Of a stretch of DNA of 32,000 nucleotides, positions 1-7,122 are shown one piece after another. Location: assembly GCF_002201895.1 (NCBI RefSeq), contig NZ_CP019436.1:1059867-1091866 (forward strand), written 5' to 3'. The notes under the pieces were generated by a model, which was not told the DNA's origin, searched no databases, and worked only from the letters and a program-made list of their open reading frames with translations. The stretch is from Methanopyrus sp. SNP6 (GTDB lineage Archaea; JAADCQ01; Methanopyri; Methanopyrales; Methanopyraceae). The position numbers and the translations under genes are program-made. Position 1 is the stretch's first letter; each line of letters begins with the position of its first letter.

Positions 1-1
1 C

Positions 2-859
2 AAGCATGGCGTCATTGATTTTGTTTACGATCTCTCGTACATCCGATAGAATCCCGAACACGTCCGGAACCATTGGTGTTAACAATGCTTCAACCCATCG
101 CTTTATGCCACTGGACGGGCTGATGCCTAGGTATCGAGAGATTGAGTTACAGACGTCTGATAACATCAGGACCACAGGGTTCGTTCTTATCCCGTTGAGG
201 AACGTCGCCACCGCGCTCGCTACTTCGAGCTTCTCGTCTCGTGGGATTTGTGCACCGTATCCCACGATCTGTATGAACGAGTCGATCAGTGGTACGACGT
301 CATCCGCGTCTACAGGTTCCGACCGCAGCTTAGCGATAAGCTTGCAGGCCTGCGTCATGTAGTTCTTGAGAGCGTCTGGCGGTACGTTCAAGTTCGCGGC
401 TACAGGTTGCAGCATCGATTGTAACGCGAAATTCATACCGACGGTCACTGCGGCGTCGAGGCAAACTCCAGTCCAGTACGTGAACGACGACAACTTCCCG
501 TACGTGGTGTTGAACTCGTACGCCAGATAGTAACGTATCGGCGCGTTATAATCCACCGCGGCAGCCAACGCCAGTGCTTCTGCTCCCAGTTGGGTGAGGT
601 CAGCACCCACCTCCTGAGCGCTTGGACTGGGGATCATGCAGAGAGTTGCTCCCACCGCGATGTAACCGAGTGCTTTAGGTGCCACTTGATGGAGCAAGGT
701 TCCCGACGCTTGCAGCGTCTGCCCAGGTTGTGTCACTCCTTCTTGCGAGGTCCCCGCCGGCTTCGCTACAGCCGTCCCTTCCGTCACCTCCGTCGCCGCT
801 GCGGGGGTCGTGATGAGCGCCGCCAGTACCAACAATAGGGAGATTACCGGCTCCCTCAC
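2..859 (-). CDS. Hypothetical secreted/membrane-anchored protein; partial, 3' end runs off the left edge
   Basis: Absent from the ORF track because it has no stop in the window. My hand translation of the minus strand from GTG at 859 stays open to base 2 (286 codons). The N-terminus VREPVISLLLVLAALITTPAAATEV looks like a signal peptide or anchor. The GTG overlaps the TGA of the upstream ORF (GTGA at 856-859). The listed + ORF 6..362 is its antisense shadow. Confidence 0.6.
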   Translation of the reverse strand, partial: MREPVISLLLVLAALITTPAAATEVTEGTAVAKPAGTSQEGVTQPGQTLQASGTLLHQVAPKALGYIAVGATLCMIPSPSAQEVGADLTQLGAEALALAAAVDYNAPIRYYLAYEFNTTYGKLSSFTYWTGVCLDAAVTVGMNFALQSMLQPVAANLNVPPDALKNYMTQACKLIAKLRSEPVDADDVVPLIDSFIQIVGYGAQIPRDEKLEVASAVATFLNGIRTNPVVLMLSDVCNSISRYLGISPSSGIKRWVEALLTPMVPDVFGILSDVREIVNKINDAML

Positions 860-1206
860 GACCCCCCACCCTCCCTAAGAATACTTAGTAGTCTACGCAT
901 GAAGTCCGCCGCCCGTTCGCCTTCGACCTTAATACGTCCCTTCACCCGGGTGTCGAGGACCCTCTTCTCGAACTCCAGCGTGAATCCAGTGTCTTGGAAC
1001 TCACCCGATGCACTGATCTCGTACCGATCCTTCTCGTCCCGCACCCTGAAACTATACGAATCACCTTCGAGTTTGGCTTCGGTTTCTAGGTTTCGGATTA
1101 AATCCAGAGCTTTCAACACTAGCTCTTCGGTTACCTGGAAACCGAGTTCGACCACCTTCTCGGGCGTTAAGTACTTCTTCGCGAGCCTGTCGATCAAGTG
1201 TCGCAA
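856..1206 (-). CDS. Hypothetical 116-aa protein
   Basis: The ORF has charged, coding-like composition (MRHLIDRLAKKYLTPEKVVELGFQ...). The overlapping + ORF 899..1276 is Ser-rich shadow. Its stop is coupled (GTGA) to the downstream secreted-protein gene. I recognise no family. Confidence 0.5.
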   Translation of the reverse strand: MRHLIDRLAKKYLTPEKVVELGFQVTEELVLKALDLIRNLETEAKLEGDSYSFRVRDEKDRYEISASGEFQDTGFTLEFEKRVLDTRVKGRIKVEGERAADFMRRLLSILREGGGS

Positions 1207-1241
1207 CCCCCACGTAACGAAGTCGTCGGTGGTCGCCGATA

Positions 1242-2108
1242 ATGTCCGACGCCCAATACAGGTTGATCCCAGTTAAAAGCCGTTACTGGAAGGTGGGATC
1301 AGGAACCGTCGGGAACGCGTTGGAAGCGTTACGTGGGATCGAACTTAAGGACGGGGACGTCCTGCTATTGTCGGAGAAGGCTGTGGCCGTCGCCGAGGGT
1401 GAGCTCATTGACGAGCGCGGGTACGAACCGGGCGTACTGGCACGATTCTTGGTAGTACTCTGGATGAGGATATTTTGGGGTAGGATCCTAGGACCCTTGT
1501 TAGGCCCTCTCATGGATCCTCCGATGCGTACGGAAACGATCGAGAACTTGCGTAACTATCCGTTGAAGGACGGATCCCGGCACAAGCAAATGATCCTAGA
1601 GGAGTTCGGTCTGCTGCATGCTTTGGAACCTGCGTCCGAGGCGGGTTGTGATGTCGGGAACGTGCCTGGGTACTACGCGGCCCCGGTCCCCAAGTCCGCG
1701 GATCGAGTGGCGAGGGAACTCCGCGAGGAACTCCGCCGTCGTCGGGACGTCGACGTGTCAGTTGTCGTCGGCGATACGGACAAAACGTATGAAATTCTCG
1801 GAATACTGTTCACCACGGTGGCGAGGGCTCATCCAGACATCGTTGCGGGTACCGGGGTAATCGGTTTTCTAGTGGGTAGGTTACTGGCCAAGACTGTTGG
1901 CCCGACCCCCATCGCTATAGCAGGGAATGTTTCGGTGCGGGAGGCCATCAAGTTACTGGACATGGCCGAAGACGTGCGGACGAAGGGGGCGGGCAGGACG
2001 GTCTATGACGCTTTGGAAGAAGTGGGCGATCCCGAATCGCTGGATGAAGAGTTCCTGAACGGATTCGATCACGTCCCGATAGTGATAGCTCGGCCCATCA
2101 CCCCGTAA
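1242..2108 (+). CDS. CofE (F420-0:gamma-glutamyl ligase)-fold family protein, divergent
   Basis: LKDGDVLLLSEKAVAVAEGELI, AGCDVGNV and SADRVARELREEL..VSVVVGDTDKTY are collinear with CofE-fold motifs (GD.vvvsSKvvSKAEGR, NAGID.SNV, vIItDT.GR). There is an extra hydrophobic segment, FLVVLWMRIFWGRILGPLLGPL. Confidence 0.5.
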   Translation: MSDAQYRLIPVKSRYWKVGSGTVGNALEALRGIELKDGDVLLLSEKAVAVAEGELIDERGYEPGVLARFLVVLWMRIFWGRILGPLLGPLMDPPMRTETIENLRNYPLKDGSRHKQMILEEFGLLHALEPASEAGCDVGNVPGYYAAPVPKSADRVARELREELRRRRDVDVSVVVGDTDKTYEILGILFTTVARAHPDIVAGTGVIGFLVGRLLAKTVGPTPIAIAGNVSVREAIKLLDMAEDVRTKGAGRTVYDALEEVGDPESLDEEFLNGFDHVPIVIARPITP

Positions 2109-2694
2109 GTTTCAGCCCGTACTTCTCGATCTTCTCTGCGATCTTCTTCACGGCCTTCTCAGGTTCCTCTTCGGTCTTAGCCCCCGTACATACGGCCTTA
2201 CCGGAGTAGAACAGGAGCATCGCCACCGTGGGTTCCTTCAGTCTCAGCACCAGCCCTGGGAACTGCTCCGGTTCGTACTCTATCCCTTCGACGTCCTCGT
2301 CTCCCACCAAGACTTCCGCGATCGTGTCCAGGTCCAGTGGTACGTGGAAATCGATCGACGCTACTATGTTCTGGATCTCCACTTCGGGTTCTCCGTGGAA
2401 CTTCACCCCGCACTTCTTCTCCAGGTCTTCCCTAACCCTCTCGACGCTTTTGTAAATCTGCTCCCTATTCTTAGCACCAGTGCACACCATTTTCCCGGAT
2501 CTGAAGATCAATACCACGGTACCGATGTCTTCGAGCCTGTACACGAGTCCCGGAAACTGTTCCGGTTCGTACTCCCCATGTAATATCACGGAGCACTCGT
2601 CCAAGTTCACTTCTCCTTTGAGGTCGACGGATGCTACGATGTTCTGGATCTCCACTTCTGGCTCTGGTACACCCTCCTCACGCCTTTCCGCCAC
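2098..2694 (-). CDS. tbp: TATA-box binding protein
   Basis: Two TBP repeats are present: EVEIQNIVASVDL...EYEPEQFPGLVYRL...FRSGKMVCTGAK and EVEIQNIVASIDF...EYEPEQFPGLVLRL...FYSGKAVCTGAK. It has the acidic/basic C-terminal tail typical of archaeal TBP. Confidence 0.96.
   Translation of the reverse strand: MAERREEGVPEPEVEIQNIVASVDLKGEVNLDECSVILHGEYEPEQFPGLVYRLEDIGTVVLIFRSGKMVCTGAKNREQIYKSVERVREDLEKKCGVKFHGEPEVEIQNIVASIDFHVPLDLDTIAEVLVGDEDVEGIEYEPEQFPGLVLRLKEPTVAMLLFYSGKAVCTGAKTEEEPEKAVKKIAEKIEKYGLKLTG
2366..2658 (-). repeat. Intragenic direct repeat pair inside tbp (20-nt identical cores at 2366-2385 and 2639-2658, offset 273 nt)
   Basis: atgttctggatctccacttc occurs at both positions on the + strand. 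A second near-identical pair, ggaa(a)ctg(c/t)tccggttcgtactc, lies at about 2258-2280 and 2551-2574. They encode the EVEIQNIV and YEPEQFPG parts of the two TBP repeats. Confidence 0.85.
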
Positions 2695-3647
2695 GTCCGA
2701 CTCCCCCCCTCACACGGTAATGCCGGAACGGGTTCTCCCTCCAGGTACCGGAAGCCTAGGAGGCATAAGCCTCGAACTTCCAACTCTTCACCGGCGAAGA
2801 TCGAGACGTCTCCCTCCCAAAGCTCCGACACCCTCCGCTTTAAGAGTTCGTTTTTAACACCACCCCCGGAGAGAATCAGCAAGTTCATGCCGTACTGTGC
2901 CGCGTTAATGACGATAGTCTCCGCCACGATCTCTACCAGGGTACGGAGTACGTCTTCAGCTGGCGCTTCGGTATCTCGAATGTGGCTTCTCAGGACTCGT
3001 TCTTGTTCCGGCGGAACTGGGGCTAGGCTACCTCTCACACGCCCGAAGACGGGTTTCCCGTCGACGTCGACACTTTTCAACTCCCTTCGAAGGTCCTCGT
3101 CGACTTTTCCCTCAGCGGCTTTCCTGCCACCTTCATCGTATTCCTTCCCTAGTAACTCACGTGCGGCCAAGTCGAGCGGGAACGTGCCGACGCCGACCAC
3201 GGCTTCCTCGAAGTCGGGCCTTCCGTCCTTGATCGGAGTCACTACAGCCATTGCTCCTACGTCCACATGTACGCAGTTCGGATACTCCTCCGCGACGCAG
3301 TACGGTGCACCTACCGCGTCCCCGTCGGGTGCCCCCCAGGGGTCCCCGTACACTGCCAGCGTCGGTACACCCGTCTTTTCGTGGATCATGGGTCCGAGGA
3401 TCAGTCCGAGTTCATCGACGATAGTCCCCACAACCACGAGGTCTGGATCAACGCGCTGCACACGCTCGATTACTCTGGGGGCTATCTCCTTCCGCAGTGC
3501 ACGTCGGCTCTCCTCCAGCGTGAACACGCACGAGATCTTGCCGAAAACCCCTTCCTCCCGCGCTACGATCTCCCAATCCCCGTCTTCATTCATAACACAG
3601 TAATCTGTCCCAGTATTCCCAAGCTGAATCCCAAGCACACGCGTCAA
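2634..3647 (-). CDS. ASKHA-superfamily ATPase-like protein (BadF/BcrA/hydantoinase-like; possibly a methanogen-specific marker family)
   Basis: ORF 2634..3755. I place the start at TTG 3647 (GGGGGG lies 6 nt upstream; GTG 3638 is an alternative) because the long form would overlap rpl22. The phosphate-1-like N-terminus LGIQLGNTGTDYCV and the C-terminal LLILSGGGVKNELL are typical ASKHA motifs. The 3' end overlaps tbp by 61 nt. Confidence 0.55.
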   Translation of the reverse strand: MTRVLGIQLGNTGTDYCVMNEDGDWEIVAREEGVFGKISCVFTLEESRRALRKEIAPRVIERVQRVDPDLVVVGTIVDELGLILGPMIHEKTGVPTLAVYGDPWGAPDGDAVGAPYCVAEEYPNCVHVDVGAMAVVTPIKDGRPDFEEAVVGVGTFPLDLAARELLGKEYDEGGRKAAEGKVDEDLRRELKSVDVDGKPVFGRVRGSLAPVPPEQERVLRSHIRDTEAPAEDVLRTLVEIVAETIVINAAQYGMNLLILSGGGVKNELLKRRVSELWEGDVSIFAGEELEVRGLCLLGFRYLEGEPVPALPCEGGSRTWRKGVRRVYQSQKWRSRTS

Positions 3648-3675
3648 CGTCGACCCCCCGACCGTCTCCCGATGA

Positions 3676-3685
3676 CGATTTAAGA
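3676..3685. promoter_or_regulatory. Putative shared TATA element (cgATTTAAGa) between the divergent ASKHA gene and rpl22
   Basis: This is the only AT-rich octamer in the 84-nt divergent spacer. It lies about 50 nt upstream of the rpl22 ATG, with a GGGGGGT SD at 3716-3722 in between, and about 30 nt upstream of TTG 3647 on the other strand. Confidence 0.3.
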
Positions 3686-3731
3686 GCACCCGGGCGCCGG
3701 CGGTGAATCCGGAAACGGGGGGTACTGGATT

Positions 3732-4211
3732 ATGCCGAAGACCAAGCACTGGCACTACTCAATCCCACCGGAAGAGCTTGACGATGAACGGACCGCGAAG
3801 GCCTTCATACGAGAGCTGAGGATCTCCCCGAAGCACGCACGTGAGATATGCCGGGCAATCCGCGGGATGCCCTTAGACAGGGCCAAAGAGTTCCTACGTC
3901 GAGTGATCAGGAAGGAGGAAGCTGTACCGTTCAGGAAACACAAGAAGAAGGTGCCGCACCGTCGGCAGATACGGCCCGGATGGGATGCCGGTCGATTCCC
4001 TGAGAAAGCAGCTCGTGAGATCCTACGCGTCCTAGAGCACGCGGAAGCTAACGCCGAGTACAAGGGGTTAGACACGGACCGCTTGTACATAAAGCACATA
4101 GCGGCGCACAAGGGTAGGGTGATCCGAGGTTGGATACCGCGCGCCTTCGGTCGCGCGACTCCGTTTAACACTCCGACGACTCACATCGAGGTGATCCTAG
4201 AGGAGCGGTGA
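3732..4211 (+). CDS. rpl22: 50S ribosomal protein uL22 (L22P)
   Basis: [38 protein letters not shown]...VPFRKH...[23 protein letters not shown] is a classic archaeal L22. Confidence 0.95.
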   Translation: MPKTKHWHYSIPPEELDDERTAKAFIRELRISPKHAREICRAIRGMPLDRAKEFLRRVIRKEEAVPFRKHKKKVPHRRQIRPGWDAGRFPEKAAREILRVLEHAEANAEYKGLDTDRLYIKHIAAHKGRVIRGWIPRAFGRATPFNTPTTHIEVILEER

Positions 4212-4224
4212 GGGGACAGTATCC

Positions 4225-4908
4225 ATGGTTATGTACGGCGAGAACGTGCCCGTGCACAAGAAGTTCGTGCAGTATGGAATGCTTAAGACTGAGCTGGATG
4301 AATATCTAGAACAGGAACTAAACCGTGCCGGCTACGGTGGGATGAGACTACAGCGCGTACCCAACGCCACTAAGATCATCGCCTACGTCGAGAGACCCGC
4401 TATCGCGATCGGTCGCCGTGGTCGCAACATTCGGCGGGTGGAAGAGGAGGTTCAGGAGAGGTTTCCCCTTTTAGGTCGAGTGTCGATCGAAGTGAAGGAG
4501 CTACCGAGTCCGGAGTTGAACCCACGCGTGGTGGCCAGGCGTCTAGCTTCGGCACTTGAGCGCGGTATCCACTTCCGCCGTGCCGCATACGGTGCGCTAC
4601 GTCGCATCATGAACGCTGGAGCTAAGGGTGCAATGATAATCCTATCCGGTAAGCTCATCGGTGCTCGCGCTAGGACGGAGAAATTCGTGGAGGGAGCCGT
4701 GAAGTACTGCGGTGAGCCAGGTGACGAGTACATGATCGAAGGTTACGTACAGGCAGTGACTAAGCCAGGTGCCATCGGTGTGACGGTTCGAATCATGCCG
4801 CCCGACGTCGAACTGCCGGACGAGCTGGAGATCAGACCACCGGAGGAGGTCGAGGACGAGCTGAAGGAACTCATCGGCAAGCCAGAGGACGAAGCTGAGG
4901 GGGCGTAA
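4225..4908 (+). CDS. rps3: 30S ribosomal protein uS3 (S3P)
   Basis: KKFVQYGMLKTELDEYLEQELNRAGYGGMRLQRVP...IAIGRRGRNIRRVEEEVQERF shows the KH domain. The acidic C-terminal tail and position after L22 also fit. Confidence 0.95.
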   Translation: MVMYGENVPVHKKFVQYGMLKTELDEYLEQELNRAGYGGMRLQRVPNATKIIAYVERPAIAIGRRGRNIRRVEEEVQERFPLLGRVSIEVKELPSPELNPRVVARRLASALERGIHFRRAAYGALRRIMNAGAKGAMIILSGKLIGARARTEKFVEGAVKYCGEPGDEYMIEGYVQAVTKPGAIGVTVRIMPPDVELPDELEIRPPEEVEDELKELIGKPEDEAEGA

Positions 4909-5145
4909 ATGTTGGGTAAGTTTAAGCTAAGACCTGACGAAATCAGGGAAATGACACCCGAGGAGCGACGGGAAAAACTCAAAGAGCTCAAGGCGGAGTT
5001 ACTTCGGGAGATGACTTCGAAATCGATCTCAGGGGTTCCGGACAATCCTGGCAGGGTAAAAGAAATAAAGAAGAACATCGCAAGAATACTGACGATAGAG
5101 AGGGAAGAAGAGTTGCGCAAGATCCGTGAGGAGGAAAAGGGTTAG
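4909..5145 (+). CDS. rpl29: 50S ribosomal protein uL29 (L29P)
   Basis: LRPDEIREMTPEERREKLKELKAELLREM...GRVKEIKKNIARILTIERE. The ATG directly abuts the rps3 TAA. Confidence 0.93.
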   Translation: MLGKFKLRPDEIREMTPEERREKLKELKAELLREMTSKSISGVPDNPGRVKEIKKNIARILTIEREEELRKIREEEKG

Positions 5146-5164
5146 AGGGGAACTCGAAGTAGAG

Positions 5165-5485
5165 ATGCAGGAAGACGACATCTGTCCGGTTTGCGGTCTT
5201 CCCAAGGAACTTTGCGTATGTGAGGAAGTCTCCAAGGAGACAGTTGAGAAGATCAAAATATACGCTGAGCAGGTCCGGCCAGGTAAGGTAGTGACTATCA
5301 TAGAGGGCTTAGATGGCGCCGGTATCGACTTGCAAGAACTAGCCAGTAAGCTCAAGCGTGAGTGCGCCTGCGGTGGTACAGCCAAGGAGGGTAAGATAAT
5401 CCTGCAAGGGGACCATCGTAACAAGGTCCGAGAATTCTTGATTAAGAAGGAAGGATTCTCAGAGGATGCCATCGAAGTCACGTGA
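5165..5485 (+). CDS. sui1: Translation initiation factor aSUI1 (eIF1 homologue)
   Basis: [16 protein letters not shown]...[65 protein letters not shown]. I prefer ATG 5165 ([11 protein letters not shown]) over the track start 5126, which lies inside rpl29. Confidence 0.9.
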   Translation: [106 protein letters not shown]

Positions 5486-6182
5486 TCCCCATCAAAAATG
5501 CCCTTCTGCCAGATACCTCTTCTGGGAATGCCACTCCTACGTGGACTTGGTACCCGTGTTCTTCCAGGAACTTCCCCCTCATTCTACACACTTCAAGCTG
5601 ATACTCGACAGGACCCTCCGCTTTCTTGAGTAACTTACGGACTCTCTCTATACCCTCATCTACACCGAGTTCCTCCACGATCACGCGAGGGCTGGCCCTA
5701 CCGTAGCAGCAAGGTACAACGAGCACTAGGTGTGCGTCCGAGTCCACGGCCAGCTCGAGGAGCCTATCCGTGAGCGTACCGCACAGGTGTAACCCCACGA
5801 CGACATCGGGGTCGTTCGGAAGACCATGCTTCGCTGCCTCGTGAAGGTCGTTGACTTCGAATTCCAGGTTGTCAAGTCCCACTGACTCGACGTAGCGCTC
5901 AAGCTCCGTCCAAGTCTTGAACTCCTTGATGTCGAACCCGAGCACGTCACAGGATGGAGAAGAAACCGCGAGTGCCGTCGTCAGTGTCCCGCGGCCGCAC
6001 CCGCAATCTACTACCGTGTCCCCTGGTCTTAGCCTCGAGCATAGCAGCGTTAGCATGGCCTCAATTTGCTTCTTCTTCCTCCATGCGTCCCGACCGGACC
6101 TCGGAAACGCACATCTCGGTAGATACAAACAGCTCATGCCGTGGGGGGTTCGATACCTTAACTCCAAGTCCTCTTCCCACAC
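5478..6182 (-). CDS. Class I SAM-dependent methyltransferase (Methyltransf_32-like)
   Basis: Motif I is GDTVVDCGCGRGTLT, followed by VLGFDI and VVGLHLCGTLTDRLLELAV, the LHaCG..tD hallmark of that MTase subfamily. It is convergent with sui1 (8-nt overlap) and divergent from rnp1. Confidence 0.7.
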   Translation of the reverse strand: MWEEDLELRYRTPHGMSCLYLPRCAFPRSGRDAWRKKKQIEAMLTLLCSRLRPGDTVVDCGCGRGTLTTALAVSSPSCDVLGFDIKEFKTWTELERYVESVGLDNLEFEVNDLHEAAKHGLPNDPDVVVGLHLCGTLTDRLLELAVDSDAHLVLVVPCCYGRASPRVIVEELGVDEGIERVRKLLKKAEGPVEYQLEVCRMRGKFLEEHGYQVHVGVAFPEEVSGRRAFLMGIT

Positions 6183-6193
6183 CCCCAGACCCT

Positions 6194-6409
6194 GTGGAAT
6201 TAGTCGGCAAGAAGTTCAGAGTAGTGAGGGCGAACTCCCGGACTTACCTTGGGATATCAGGCCGCGTGGTCGGCTTCACCAAGAACTGTCTGGTCTATGA
6301 TGACGGTAGCGGTGATCAGAAAATACTCCCTCTTCGCCACATCGTGTTGGAGGTGGAAGGACTGCGCATGGATGGCCGTGTGTTACTCATGCTTCTTCAA
6401 GAGCTTTAA
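6194..6409 (+). CDS. rnp1: RNase P protein component 1 (Rnp1/Rpp29/Pop4), minimal 71-aa form
   Basis: VELVGKKFRVVRANSRTYLGISGRVVGFTKNCLVYDDGSGDQKILPLRHIVLEVEGLRMDGRVLL matches the Sm-like core of archaeal Rpp29 (eLIGlkv.vv.s.n....GI.G.VVdET.NtLvI....g....IPK...vF). I start it at GTG 6194. The long track ORF from 5954 would run antisense through the methyltransferase gene. Confidence 0.65.
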   Translation: MELVGKKFRVVRANSRTYLGISGRVVGFTKNCLVYDDGSGDQKILPLRHIVLEVEGLRMDGRVLLMLLQEL

Positions 6410-7122
6410 CAGTTCGATCGGTACTGGAATTACTATGGTGACGTTCTCTTCCGCCGAGATTTCGGAGAGTGTCTGAAGGGTTCTCAGTAAGCCTGGGTTC
6501 ACCCCCTAGGACTTCCGATGCCTTCCGTAGATCTTGTGCGGCCTGTTTCTCCGCTTCCGCTTGGATTATCCTGGCTCGACGATCCCGTTCAGCTTCCGCC
6601 TGTCGGGCTATCGCCCGTCTCATCTCCTCGGGTAATATCACGTCGCGGATCTCGACACCGGTGACGTAGATTCCCCATCCCTCCGTCTTCTCGTCTACGA
6701 TCTCCCGAATACGTTCGCTCAGCTCCTCCCGCTTCGCTAAAAATATCGTCCAAGTCAACTTCGCCGAGCACAGATCTCAGTGTGGTTTGCGCCAAGTTGA
6801 ACACTGCTTCTCCGTAATCCTCGACGTTCATCACGGCGGAGGCAGGATCCACCGCCCGATAATATATGACAGCGTCGACCTTGATCGGTACGTTATCTTT
6901 GGTAATAACCTCCTGGGCCGGTATGTTCTGTGTAACGACCCGAAGATCGACCTTGATCATCTTGTCGATGAACGGAACGATGAAGTTAAGACCTGGTTCC
7001 CTGATCCCGATGTACCGCCTGAGTCGCAGGAGCACGCCTCGCTCGTACTGATTCACTATCCGAACCGAAGCCGCCAGCACGAGAAGGGCCAGTACTCCTC
7101 CAACCACTATCGATACGATCAA
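6383..7122 (-). pseudogene. Stomatin/prohibitin-family (SPFH, band 7) gene interrupted by two +1 frameshifts
   Basis: Three consecutive reading frames each carry a collinear part of one stomatin. Frame A (7122 to ~6740) reads IVNQYERGVLLRLRRYIGIREPGLNFIVPFIDKMIKVDLRVVTQNIPAQEVITKDNVPIKVDAVIYYR...LAQTTLRSVLGEVDLDDI. Frame B (~6740 to ~6505) reads AKREELSERIREIVDEKTEGWGIYVTGVEIRDVILPEEMRRAIARQAEAERDRRARII. Frame C (~6505 to 6383) reads NPGLLRTLQTLSEISAEENVTIVIPVPIELLKLLKKHE*. The switches fall in an A5 run (6739-6743) and a C5 run (6502-6506). Confidence 0.8.

Noticed and set aside
6-362. Track ORF of 118 aa on the + strand at the left edge
   Set aside because: It is Ser/Thr/Ile-rich and lies exactly antisense to a much longer open frame on the minus strand (2..859) that has a signal-peptide-like N-terminus and a coupled GTGA start. 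I treat it as a shadow ORF.
2887-3603. 238-aa + strand ORF (also 3267..3683)
   Set aside because: It has Ser/Thr/Pro/Arg-rich low-complexity composition typical of antisense frames in high-GC DNA. The minus-strand ASKHA ORF has real motifs.
5954-6193. Long form of the rnp1 ORF (151 aa from 5954)
   Set aside because: The first 80 codons run antisense through the methyltransferase gene and are Ser/Pro/Arg-rich. Homology to Rpp29 begins only at about 6194.
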